Position numbers and translations under genes: made by a program. Of a stretch of 64,000 nucleotides of DNA, positions 37,163 to 46,038 are shown in pieces. This stretch comes from Chloroflexota bacterium (GTDB lineage: Bacteria; Chloroflexota; Dehalococcoidia; GIF9; AB-539-J10). Location: the NCBI GenBank assembly GCA_013388845.1, contig JACAEN010000009.1, positions 13,767 to 77,766 of the forward strand, read 5' to 3'. A model generated the notes under the pieces. It was given only the letters and a program-made list of their open reading frames with translations, did no database searches and was not told the origin of the DNA. The stretch's first letter is position 1. Every line of letters begins with the position of its first letter.

Positions 37163-38173
37163 ATGCCGGATATTGAACTAAAAAAGATACAACCGAACAG
37201 GCTAAATCCAAGGCTTGAGTTCACCAAGGCCGGGCTGGATGAACTCGCAGACAGCATTAAACAGGTAGGGCTTCTTGAGCCTATTATCGTGCGACCGTAC
37301 GGAGGCGAATATCAAGTTGTGGTGGGAGAACGTCGCTATAGGGCTGCGCAGCAAGCTGGCTTAGATAGGGTGCCAGTCATTATTCGAGATTACACCGACG
37401 ACGAGGTAATGGAGCTAAATCTAAGTGAAAACATTCATCGAGAAGACTTGAGTGCTGCCGAGAAAGGCAATCTGTGTCGCAAACTCCTAGAAAAGTTTCC
37501 ATCCAAATATCCAACTCAGACTAGTTTGGCAAAAAAGCTTGGGATTAGTGACCGCACGCTAAATGAATGGCTCAGTGTCTCCGATTTGTCGGACAAAATA
37601 CAGCGAAGGATAGCTCCAGGGGCTAAAAGGGGTGCTGTTCCTGAAGGTAAAGTAGACTACTCGACTGCCCTGCGGATTGCCAGACAAATCAAGGAGCCTG
37701 AAAAGGCTGCTGAAGTAATTGAACATATAGCTGAAAGGCACATCCCGCAAAGATTAGTAACTCGAGTTGCCAAGCAAGTCGTGCGGGAGCCTCAAAAACC
37801 TGTCGAGCAAATTTTTCAGAAAGTTATTGAGGAAGCCCCCATACTTTTGCCCTTCTCCAAACCTCATGCTGATGCTATTCTCGCGGGCATTAAAACGCAG
37901 ACCTCTAGGAAAGCGAAAGATCCAAGGCTCCAGCCAGGTGTTACCGTGAGGGCACAGGTTACCCATTTTGCTGACCTAGAGGTAACCGACGTTTATCGAA
38001 AGAAACTGGGAGACTTTGATAAGGAGGATGCAAGGAGGGAAGGTGGCTATACTCTCGACCAGTTCAAAGAGGTTTGGAAGAAGCTCCACGGAGAATGGAA
38101 CCCAAACGAATCTGTTTACATTACTAGATTCAGACTCGTCAGAGTAGTTGGAGAGCCTGACAGTCCCAGCTAA
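37163..38173 (+). CDS. Fusion protein: ParB/Srx-like N-terminal domain + HTH + C-terminal ASCH domain. Start at the Met of MPDIELKK with a GGAGG RBS; the GTG at 37121 in the ORF track is less likely.
   Basis: ParB box GERRYRAAQQAG and LEPIIVRP. HTH LAKKLGISDRTLNEW. ASCH signature ...ADAILAGIKTQTSRK...GVTVRA... Confidence 0.65.
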   Translation: MPDIELKKIQPNRLNPRLEFTKAGLDELADSIKQVGLLEPIIVRPYGGEYQVVVGERRYRAAQQAGLDRVPVIIRDYTDDEVMELNLSENIHREDLSAAEKGNLCRKLLEKFPSKYPTQTSLAKKLGISDRTLNEWLSVSDLSDKIQRRIAPGAKRGAVPEGKVDYSTALRIARQIKEPEKAAEVIEHIAERHIPQRLVTRVAKQVVREPQKPVEQIFQKVIEEAPILLPFSKPHADAILAGIKTQTSRKAKDPRLQPGVTVRAQVTHFADLEVTDVYRKKLGDFDKEDARREGGYTLDQFKEVWKKLHGEWNPNESVYITRFRLVRVVGEPDSPS

Positions 38174-38198
38174 GATAGAAGACTCGGGAGGTATTTCG

Positions 38199-38402
38199 AT
38201 GGAACGAAAACCAAGAGTTTACTGGTTCAAAGGCAAAAAAGGGCGGAAGGATACCTTGCTCTTTGATGCTGGTTATGAATTGGGTTTCATTTACGTTTAC
38301 GAATTTAAAGAAAGCCTACCAGCAAGTCAGCTAGAAAGCCAAATTGAAAAATATGGCTATTTTCAGGCCTGGGATATAAGTCCGTCACGTGACGTTCCTT
38401 AA
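38199..38402 (+). CDS. Hypothetical small protein (67 aa). MERKPRVYWFKGKKG...
   Basis: GGGAGG RBS 8 nt upstream. Tightly packed after the ParB-ASCH gene. Confidence 0.4.
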   Translation: MERKPRVYWFKGKKGRKDTLLFDAGYELGFIYVYEFKESLPASQLESQIEKYGYFQAWDISPSRDVP

Positions 38403-39219
38403 CTGGGGTAGTGTGGTGGTCTATCAGCGTAAGAAAGTACTCATAGTTGTAAAGACTTATCCGACTCCAGCGAGGAAGGGTGTCGAAGTATCCTGCACCG
38501 CAGGCATCACTGAAGATAGAAAATGGATAAGACTCTTTCCCTTGCCATTCAGGTTCTTGCGAAGCGAGAAGCAATTCAAAAAATATCAGTGGATTGAGGT
38601 AGCTGTGATGAAAGCTTCCGACCCTAGGCCAGATAGCTGGATTGTAGATTTAGACTCGATAAAAGTCCTAGGCGATCCCCTTCCCACTTCTGATGGTTGG
38701 CAGGCTCGGAAGGATATAGTTCTGCCATTACTGGCCCCGTCACTTTGCCATCTGGTTAGAAATCGCGAGAAAACAGGCTCAACATTGGGCATTTTCAAGC
38801 CAAAGGAAATAAGGGGACTTATCATAGAGCCAGAAGAGTCGGCTAGTTGGACCGAACAAGAACTGAATATACTATCACAAGGGTCGATGTTTGACAGAAA
38901 GCCGTTCAAACTACTGGAGAAGATACCTTATAAATTTATCTATTCACTCACATGTAATGAACCTAGTTGCGTGGGGCACCGATTATCTGTTGTAGATTGG
39001 GAAGTTGCTCAGGCGTATCGGACCTGGAGAAAGCATTACGGCAATCAGTGGGAACAGCCTTTCCGACAACGATTTGAAACAGAAATGATCCGTAAATACG
39101 ATACCCATTTCTATGTAGGAACACTCAGGGCGCACCCTGATAGGTGGATTATTATAGGTTTGTTCTATCCGCCACGATTAACGTGGAGCAGGTCTATTGG
39201 AGGTGTGAAGTGGGCGTGA
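38389..39219 (+). CDS. Hypothetical protein (~270 aa), no recognisable domain. The start is uncertain (GTG at 38389 or 38413).
   Basis: Long open frame overlapping its neighbours by a few codons. ...KKVLIVVKTYPTPARKGVEVSCTAGITEDRKWIRLFPLPFRFL... Confidence 0.45.
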   Translation: MTFLNWGSVVVYQRKKVLIVVKTYPTPARKGVEVSCTAGITEDRKWIRLFPLPFRFLRSEKQFKKYQWIEVAVMKASDPRPDSWIVDLDSIKVLGDPLPTSDGWQARKDIVLPLLAPSLCHLVRNREKTGSTLGIFKPKEIRGLIIEPEESASWTEQELNILSQGSMFDRKPFKLLEKIPYKFIYSLTCNEPSCVGHRLSVVDWEVAQAYRTWRKHYGNQWEQPFRQRFETEMIRKYDTHFYVGTLRAHPDRWIIIGLFYPPRLTWSRSIGGVKWA

Positions 39220-39668
39220 ACGGAAGTGACTGGTTAGAGCAGCCAAGCACAGAGTTGTGGGAAGCGAGGCGACGCTGGTTCGACGAACTGGCCGAGTCAC
39301 TCGCTGGTGAAGGAGCCTACGATGTTAGTGAACAAGCTTGTGCTCTCATAGGTGAAATGCAGACAGCGTTTTGTGCTGGCGCATGGGTCGCTGTCCTCGT
39401 GCTGGCGATGGCCGTGGTCGATGCTCAACTTCGGGAGACCGAGCTGCCGGGGTTTAAGGGAAATACTCAGCAGCTTCTGGATGCTGTTCAAGCAAATCCT
39501 GAGTTGCAGCGGCTTCGTGGAAGACGAAATGCCATCATTCACATAAGGCCTGAGAATCCAGCGATTACATTGGACCAGCAATGGGCCAATCGGGCTGAAC
39601 TGGAGCAAGAGGCTAAGCAAGCTGTGAAGCTCATGTTCGAAGCTTTCTACATTGGACCAATGGTATGA
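39210..39668 (+). CDS. Hypothetical protein (~152 aa). GTG start at 39210 preceded by GGAGG; the ORF-track ATG at 39144 overlaps the upstream gene by 76 nt.
   Basis: Open frame ...SDWLEQPSTELWEARRRWFDELAESLAGEGAYDV...AVLVLAMAVVDAQLRETELPGF... No known domain recognised. Confidence 0.4.
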   Translation: MGVNGSDWLEQPSTELWEARRRWFDELAESLAGEGAYDVSEQACALIGEMQTAFCAGAWVAVLVLAMAVVDAQLRETELPGFKGNTQQLLDAVQANPELQRLRGRRNAIIHIRPENPAITLDQQWANRAELEQEAKQAVKLMFEAFYIGPMV

Positions 39669-39834
39669 CGTGAAGGTCAGACCCCTTCAAGTGACCTGAG
39701 TGACATGCTCAGAATTGAGATAGTTCCGCAACTGCCTGTTCACTCAGTATGATATGGACGGAGATGAAACAATCTCAAAGGCCCAAAATTCAAAACCCTC
39801 ACGTTGTGGGCACTGGGAATTCAGGTTTTGATAT

Positions 39835-39883
39835 TTTTAGGGTTTCGGTGCTGCCATAGAGTATAATAGGGCTATGGCAAACG
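39835..39883 (+). promoter_or_regulatory. Conserved promoter/operator module, copy B: TTTTTAGGGTTTCGGTGCTGCCATAGAGTATAATAGGGCTATGGCAAA. TATAAT at 39862-39867. Perfect palindrome GCCATAG-N12-CTATGGC. The polA ATG at 39874 lies inside the right half-site.
   Basis: Read directly from the sequence. With the -10 box ending 6 nt before the polA ATG, this implies a leaderless or near-leaderless transcript. Confidence 0.55.
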
Positions 39884-42573
39884 AGAGGAAACCGCTTTTA
39901 TTGCTTTTCGATGGCAATGCCTTGATTCATCGTGCCTTTCACGCTCTGCCCCCGCTAACCCAATCCAAGACTGGGGAGCTGGTGAACGCCGTTTATGGCT
40001 TTGCCAGCACCTTGCTCAAGGTCCTTGCTGAGTTTAAGCCCACCCATTGGGCTGTGGCTTTTGACCGTCCCACACCGACCTTCAGGCATGAAATGTTTGC
40101 GGAATACAAAGCGCAACGTCCGGCTACGCCCGAAGAGTTAAAAAACCAGATAAAAAGGGTTCACCAATTGGTGGAAGCTTTTCATATCCCTGTTTTTGAA
40201 ATTGATGGTTTCGAAGCGGATGATGTTCTGGGCACCTTAAGCAAGCAGGCTGAAGAGCAAGGCATTGAGACTATTATTGTTACGGGGGACAATGATATGC
40301 TGCAGGCAGTCTTGCCTCGAGTGAAAGCGCTGGCTCCCAGGCGAACTTTTACCGATACCATCCTTTACGACGCGGAAGCAGTGGAACAGAAATATGGCAT
40401 TAAACCGGAGCAACTTCCTGACCTGAAGGCGCTGGTTGGCGATGCCTCGGATAATATACCCGGCCTGCCAGGAATTGGTGAGAAAACGGCCACTAAATTG
40501 CTTCAGCAATATGGCAGTCTCCAGGGCATTTACGACCATATCGAGGATGTAACGCCGAGTAAGTTGCAGGAAACGCTACGCCAATATCGTGACCAAGCTT
40601 TCCAGAACAAGGAGTTGTCCACTATAGTCAAAGACGTTCCTGTCAAGCTGGACTTGAAAACCTGCCAGGTAAGCCACTATGACCGTGATGAGGTGGTGAA
40701 ACTTTTCCACGAGCTGGAGTTTATTAATCTGCTTCCCAGATTGCCTCAAATGAAAGCTGAGAGCTCCGAGCCCTCGGCAATCAATTGTCAAATAGTGAAC
40801 ACCGAGACAGATTTGGAACGGCTTGCAGGCGAACTGGAAGCGGCGCAGGGCATCGCCCTGGAGATTGAAACCACGGGTGAAAATGCTATGGCGGCGGATT
40901 TAGTAGGGATAGCCGTATCACCGACTCGAGGGAAAGTTTTTTATATACCATTAGAGCACATGGGTTTGAATCAGCCACCACAATTGGCGCTAAATCGGGT
41001 GGTAGCTAAGCTCAAGCCAATTTTGGAGAACGCCAGCATAGGCAAAATTGCCCATAATGGGAAGCATGCTATAGCGGTGCTGGCTGGCAGTGGGACTAAG
41101 CTTGAGAATCTGAATTTCGACCCCATGATTGCTGCCTATCTCCTTGGTGAAAAGAACCTCGGTCTTAAGGCTCTGGCCTTTAACAAGCTGGGCATCGAGA
41201 TAACAACCACTGCTGAATTGGCCAGCTCAGAGAAGAAACAAAGCTCCGTGTCCTTCCTAGGGGTAAGCCAGATCGCGAACTGCGCTTGTGCCAGTGTGAA
41301 TATCCTGTGGGGTTTAAAGGAGCATTTGGAAGCTGAACTGCGGCAGCAAGGCTTGTGGCAGCTTTTCACTGAAGTGGAAATGGCTTTGATTCCAGTTCTG
41401 GTGACTATGGAGAGAAATGGCATTCTTTTAGATACCAGCCTGCTTCGTGAGATGTCTCTAGAGCTGGGTCACCGACTGCTGAAATTGGAGAAAGAAATCT
41501 ACAGCAGCGTCGGGCACCAGTTCAATATCAACTCGCCCCAGCAATTGGGCAAGGTCCTTTTTGAAGAACTGAAGCTGCCTCAGTCTCGCAAAACGAAAAG
41601 CGGCTATTCCACGGAAGCCTCGGTCATGGAAGCATTGAGAGGTGTTCATCCGGTAATCGAATTCATACTGCAGTATCGTCAACTTAGTAAGCTCAAGTCA
41701 ACATATATTGATGCTCTGCCCGCTCTTATTAACCGCAAGACGGGAAGGGTGCATACCACTTTCAACCAGACGGGCACAGCTACCGGGCGGCTCTCTTCCA
41801 GCGACCCCAACCTCCAGAATATACCTGTCAGGGGCGAACTGGGAAACAAGATACGGAAAGCCATCATTGCTCCGCCCGGGGCGTATCTCCTAAGCGGTGA
41901 TTATTCCCAGATTGACCTCAGAGTCCTAGCTCACCTCTCTCAAGATCCCGGTCTCATTACCGCTTTTGCCCACGATGAGGATATCCATGCTGCGACTGCC
42001 TCTAAACTCTTTGGCATCCCCAGAAATGAGGTGACTCCTGAGATGCGCCGTAATGCCAAAACAGTCAATTTTGGAGTGATTTATGGGATGAGCGATTATG
42101 GCTTGGAGCAAGCCACCAATCTCAGCCGGGAGGAAGCCGCCCAATTTATTGCCCTGTATTTTGAGAAATATCCCAGGGTGAAAGAATATCTTGAGGCCAC
42201 CAAGGAGCAAGCTCGCAAGCTGAGCTATGTTCAAACAGTGTTGGGGAGGAGGCGGTTCCTGCCCGAAATTAATTCCTCCAACAGGGTGGTCAGGGAGGCT
42301 GCCGAACGCATGGCTATAAATGCCCCGGTGCAGGGCAGCTCCGCCGACATCATCAAAATTGCCATGATAAATCTACATCGGGAAATGGAGAGGCGGAATC
42401 TCAAAAGCAAGATGTTGTTACAGATACACGATGAGTTGCTCTTTGAGGTGCCCGCGGACGAAGTGGAGGAAATGAGACCAATGGTCACTGAGCTGATGCC
42501 CAAGGCTTTCCAGATTTGTGTTCCCTTGAAAATAGATATCAAGCTGGGCCGAAACTGGGCTGAGATGGAGTAG
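39874..42573 (+). CDS. polA: DNA polymerase I
   Basis: 899 aa. 5'-3' exonuclease domain, 3'-5' exonuclease-like domain, and polymerase motifs (DYSQIDLRVLAH; QIHDELLFE). Confidence 0.95.
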   Translation: MANERKPLLLLFDGNALIHRAFHALPPLTQSKTGELVNAVYGFASTLLKVLAEFKPTHWAVAFDRPTPTFRHEMFAEYKAQRPATPEELKNQIKRVHQLVEAFHIPVFEIDGFEADDVLGTLSKQAEEQGIETIIVTGDNDMLQAVLPRVKALAPRRTFTDTILYDAEAVEQKYGIKPEQLPDLKALVGDASDNIPGLPGIGEKTATKLLQQYGSLQGIYDHIEDVTPSKLQETLRQYRDQAFQNKELSTIVKDVPVKLDLKTCQVSHYDRDEVVKLFHELEFINLLPRLPQMKAESSEPSAINCQIVNTETDLERLAGELEAAQGIALEIETTGENAMAADLVGIAVSPTRGKVFYIPLEHMGLNQPPQLALNRVVAKLKPILENASIGKIAHNGKHAIAVLAGSGTKLENLNFDPMIAAYLLGEKNLGLKALAFNKLGIEITTTAELASSEKKQSSVSFLGVSQIANCACASVNILWGLKEHLEAELRQQGLWQLFTEVEMALIPVLVTMERNGILLDTSLLREMSLELGHRLLKLEKEIYSSVGHQFNINSPQQLGKVLFEELKLPQSRKTKSGYSTEASVMEALRGVHPVIEFILQYRQLSKLKSTYIDALPALINRKTGRVHTTFNQTGTATGRLSSSDPNLQNIPVRGELGNKIRKAIIAPPGAYLLSGDYSQIDLRVLAHLSQDPGLITAFAHDEDIHAATASKLFGIPRNEVTPEMRRNAKTVNFGVIYGMSDYGLEQATNLSREEAAQFIALYFEKYPRVKEYLEATKEQARKLSYVQTVLGRRRFLPEINSSNRVVREAAERMAINAPVQGSSADIIKIAMINLHREMERRNLKSKMLLQIHDELLFEVPADEVEEMRPMVTELMPKAFQICVPLKIDIKLGRNWAEME

Positions 42574-42602
42574 GTGAGTAGGCGCCCTTTGACGAGGAAG
42601 CT

Positions 42603-43250
42603 TTACATAATTTTGCGAAATGCCAGAGCACCAACAGGACAAACGGCAACGCACTCGCTACAGTCTTGACAAAGAGACCTACCCAGAGGTTCATCCCCAA
42701 AAGTGGTGACCATCCTCCGGAAGCCACGGTAGGCAAAACCAATGATTCCCTTACTCAACTTTTCCTGGCATACCCAAACGCATCGGCCACAGAGCACACA
42801 CTTATTAGGGTCGTAAATGAACAGGGGACTGCTGGAATCTATGGGTAGCTCAGGCAGGATTTTCTTGAACCTTTTTGTTTTGAGTTTCACGCCGAGATGC
42901 TTGGCTATTTTCTGAAGTTCACAAGAGCCATTTTTTAGACAATTTGCGCAATCGACAGGGTGGCTGGCCAGAAGCAATTCCAGAGCGGTGCGGGCTAGCC
43001 TCAATGCCTTGGCGCCTTTGGTATTGACCACCATTCCTTCTGCCACAGGTGTTGTGCAGGCTGTAACTGGCTCCTCTTTACCTTCAATCTCCACAAAGCA
43101 GAGGCGGCAAGAAGCAAAAGGCTCGCTCTTTTCTCGAATGGCACAAAGGTTGGGGATGTAAATATTGTTATCCAGAGCTGCCCACAGGAGCTTTTCACAC
43201 GGGGCAGCTCTTATTTTCTTACCATCAATGGTTAAAGAAACGCTTTTAAC
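42603..43250 (-). CDS. Small Fe-S protein resembling the N-terminal module of NuoG/FdhA/HydA-type subunits: a 2Fe-2S ferredoxin domain, a His-Cys3 4Fe-4S, and two 4Fe-4S ferredoxin motifs. No catalytic domain follows.
   Basis: Extending the ORF-track frame upstream gives VKVKSVSLTIDGKKIRAAPCEKLLWAALDNNIYIPNLCAIREKSEPFASCRLCFVEIEGKEEP... No ATG, GTG or TTG start is present before the in-frame stop, so the start is non-canonical or uncertain. Downstream motifs HPVDCANCLKNGSCELQ, CVLCGRCVWVC, CQDCSECVAVCP. Confidence 0.55.
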   Translation of the reverse strand, partial: VKSVSLTIDGKKIRAAPCEKLLWAALDNNIYIPNLCAIREKSEPFASCRLCFVEIEGKEEPVTACTTPVAEGMVVNTKGAKALRLARTALELLLASHPVDCANCLKNGSCELQKIAKHLGVKLKTKRFKKILPELPIDSSSPLFIYDPNKCVLCGRCVWVCQEKLSKGIIGFAYRGFRRMVTTFGDEPLGRSLCQDCSECVAVCPVGALAFRKIM

Positions 43251-43338
43251 TTTTACCAGTACCCTGTCCCCTTATTCTCTCCTCGAGGGAGAGAATATCG
43301 TAAAGCAGAAGCTATCTTCTCAGATTCCTCTATATTCT

Positions 43339-45099
43339 TTAGAAGAGCCCTTGTACCTTGCCAGTCTTCGTATCAACATCTACCCTTCTGAAGGCTGGGT
43401 CAGAGCTGGTCCCTGGCATCAGGCTGATTGTCCCGGCGCAGGGGCACAGGAATTTCGCCCCGGAGTAAATCAAAACGTCGCGAATGGGCAGTATCCAGCC
43501 TTTGGGGACACCCTTAAGGGTTGGGTCGTGAGTTAGGCTCAGATGAGTCTTAACCATCATGGTAGCGTATTCGCTGTATTTGGGATCGCTCTCAAGCATC
43601 TTGGCCTTAGCCTCAGCCTCGGGCGTCCAGGACACGCCGTCAGCTCCATAGACCACTTTGGCGATCTTTTCCACTCGCTCTCGCAGCTTCATTTCCGTAG
43701 GGTAAAGGAACTTGAATTTGGTCTTCTGTTCACAGGCTTCTATGATTGCGTCAACGAGCTCCAGGGCACCGTCGCCCCCCTTGAGCCAGTGTTGGCTAAG
43801 TGCACAACGCGCCCCGGCTGCCTCGGCGGCCTTGCGCACCATGGCAATTTCCTCTTTAGTGTCAGTGTGGAAGGCGTTGATGCACACCACGGGATTGATG
43901 CCTGCGGTCCTGATGATATTGATGTGATGCAGCATGTTAGGGATGCCTTTCTCCAGAAGTTTCAGGTCTTCTTTGCTGTAGGACTCGGGCAAGGGCAGGC
44001 CAGGCGTTACCATGGGTCCGCCACCGTGCATCTTCAATGCCCTGATGGTGGTAGTAAGCACCGATACATGCGGCTTGAGCCCGCTGAGTCGGCATTTGAC
44101 GTTCCAGAACTTCTCAAATCCAATGTCGGCACCAAAGCCACTTTCAGTAACATGATAGTCAAACATCTTCAACCCGATGCGGTCGGCGATGATGGAGGAC
44201 TGCCCCACAGCGATATTAGCAAAGGGGCCGGCATGCACCATACAAGGCTGGTATTCTACCGTGCAGCATAGGGTGGGGTTGATAGTATTGCGCATCCAGG
44301 CAGTCATGGCACCCCCTACCTCCAGGTCGGCAGTGGTAACCGGCTTGCCATCCCTGTCAAAAGCCAATGTAATTTCATCCATCCTTTTGCGCAGGTCAGC
44401 CAAGTCCGTGACAATAGACAACATAGCCATGAGCTCGGAGCTCACGGCGATACCAAACTTGGACTGCATTGCGTAGCCATCCATACGGCCACCCAGGCCT
44501 ATGACGATGTTCCTGAGGCTCTGAGCACAGAAGTCTATGACCCAACCCATTTCCAGTCTGGTAGGGTCAACGTTCAGGCGGCGCAACCGCCGCTTGGCCA
44601 GTTCCTCATCGCTGTAATTACGCTCATGCATCATTCGGGACGTAAGCGCCACCATGGCCAGGTTATGGGCATTCATCAGGTCGTTAATGTCGCCGGTAAG
44701 CCCCAAAGAGAATTCGGTCATGGGAATAAGCAGCGCATTACCACCGCCGGCGGCAGTGCCCTTGATATTCATGGTCGGACCACCGGAAGGCTGACGTATG
44801 CAACCGCCTACATTCTTGCCCCGCTTACCTAAGCCTTCCAAGATACCCATGGTAGTCGTTGTTTTTCCTTCTCCCAGTGGTGTCGGGGTTATGGCAGTCA
44901 CCTCAATGTACTTGCCATCAGGCTTGTCCTTGAGGCGCTCGATAATCTTCATGAAATCGAGCTTGCACAACCTTCCGTAAGGAATAATCTCATCCTTCTG
45001 TAAGCCTAGTCTTTCTCGCCACTCATCAGGCGTCGGCATGTTTTCTTCGGCAGCTTCCGCAATCTGCCAATCTTGCATTTTTGTTGGATCGCAAGGCAT
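43339..45099 (-). CDS. fhs: Formate--tetrahydrofolate ligase
   Basis: [15 protein letters not shown]-loop and a 586-aa FTHFS architecture. Confidence 0.9.
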   Translation of the reverse strand: MPCDPTKMQDWQIAEAAEENMPTPDEWRERLGLQKDEIIPYGRLCKLDFMKIIERLKDKPDGKYIEVTAITPTPLGEGKTTTTMGILEGLGKRGKNVGGCIRQPSGGPTMNIKGTAAGGGNALLIPMTEFSLGLTGDINDLMNAHNLAMVALTSRMMHERNYSDEELAKRRLRRLNVDPTRLEMGWVIDFCAQSLRNIVIGLGGRMDGYAMQSKFGIAVSSELMAMLSIVTDLADLRKRMDEITLAFDRDGKPVTTADLEVGGAMTAWMRNTINPTLCCTVEYQPCMVHAGPFANIAVGQSSIIADRIGLKMFDYHVTESGFGADIGFEKFWNVKCRLSGLKPHVSVLTTTIRALKMHGGGPMVTPGLPLPESYSKEDLKLLEKGIPNMLHHINIIRTAGINPVVCINAFHTDTKEEIAMVRKAAEAAGARCALSQHWLKGGDGALELVDAIIEACEQKTKFKFLYPTEMKLRERVEKIAKVVYGADGVSWTPEAEAKAKMLESDPKYSEYATMMVKTHLSLTHDPTLKGVPKGWILPIRDVLIYSGAKFLCPCAGTISLMPGTSSDPAFRRVDVDTKTGKVQGLF

Positions 45100-45129
45100 G
45101 GTAACCTCCTTCGTAGTTTATTTGATTTA

Positions 45130-46038
45130 TTACTTTCCCATACGCTCGGCTCTTCTCTCAGCCGCCACTACGGTGTTGACCATAAGCATGGTGACGGTCA
45201 TTGGGCCCACCCCTCCAGGAACCGGGGTAATAGCGCTGGCTTTCTCTTTAACCGTCTCGAACTCTACATCCCCTCTGATGTCGCGGACCTGCTTAGTGGG
45301 GTCCGTCTTGCTGGGTTTCCATCCTACCTGGTTTACACCGACATCGATGACCACTGCCCCTTTCTTCACCATGTCCGGTTTTATGAACTCGGCGGAGCCC
45401 ATGGCTGCAATGAGGATATCTGCTTGTTTGGTAATTTTGGTCATGTTTTTCGTCCCAGTGTGGACGACGGTCACAGTGGCATTGGCCCGCGGGTTTTTCT
45501 GCACCAGCATGGCCATGAGAGGCTTGCCGACTATGTTACTGCGACCGCATATGACCACGTGTTTGCCTTCAGGGGGGTTGCCGCTGCGAATTAACAGCTC
45601 CACCACGCCATGGGGGGTGCAAGGCATGAAATAGGGATTTCCGATGAGCATCTTGCCCACATTGATAGGGTGAAAGCCATCCACATCTTTAGCCGGGTCG
45701 ATGGCATTTAGCACTTTATCGGCATTGATATGCTTGGGCAGGGGCAATTGAACTAGTATGCCATCAACATGCGCCGCTTTATTCATTTCCGCCACTTTGG
45801 AGAGGAGTTCCTGCTCCGAAGCATTCTCAGGGAAGACGATAGTTTGGGACCACACACCTATCTCCTCAGCCGCCTTTTCCTTGCCCGCGACGTAGGAAAC
45901 GGATCCCGGGTCCTCTCCTACGCGAATCATGACCAATCCCGGCGTTATGCCCCGTTCCTTGAGCTTAGCCACTCGCACTTTTAGCTCGTCTCTGATTTCC
46001 TTGGCTACCTCATTTCCCGAAATTATCTTTGCCGTCAT
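45130..46038 (-). CDS. folD: Bifunctional methylene-THF dehydrogenase / methenyl-THF cyclohydrolase
   Basis: ...VILVGEDP-like block (VMIRVGEDPGSVSYV), VQLPLP, and GRSNIVGKP. Confidence 0.9.
   Translation of the reverse strand: MTAKIISGNEVAKEIRDELKVRVAKLKERGITPGLVMIRVGEDPGSVSYVAGKEKAAEEIGVWSQTIVFPENASEQELLSKVAEMNKAAHVDGILVQLPLPKHINADKVLNAIDPAKDVDGFHPINVGKMLIGNPYFMPCTPHGVVELLIRSGNPPEGKHVVICGRSNIVGKPLMAMLVQKNPRANATVTVVHTGTKNMTKITKQADILIAAMGSAEFIKPDMVKKGAVVIDVGVNQVGWKPSKTDPTKQVRDIRGDVEFETVKEKASAITPVPGGVGPMTVTMLMVNTVVAAERRAERMGK

Noticed and set aside
43543-44271. 242-aa +strand ORF and neighbours (43712..43927, 44177..44476, 44626..44832, 45038..45634, 45073..45594)
   Set aside because: All are antisense to fhs or folD, whose motif content is unambiguous. 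The translations are compositionally odd (His/Arg/Gly-rich).
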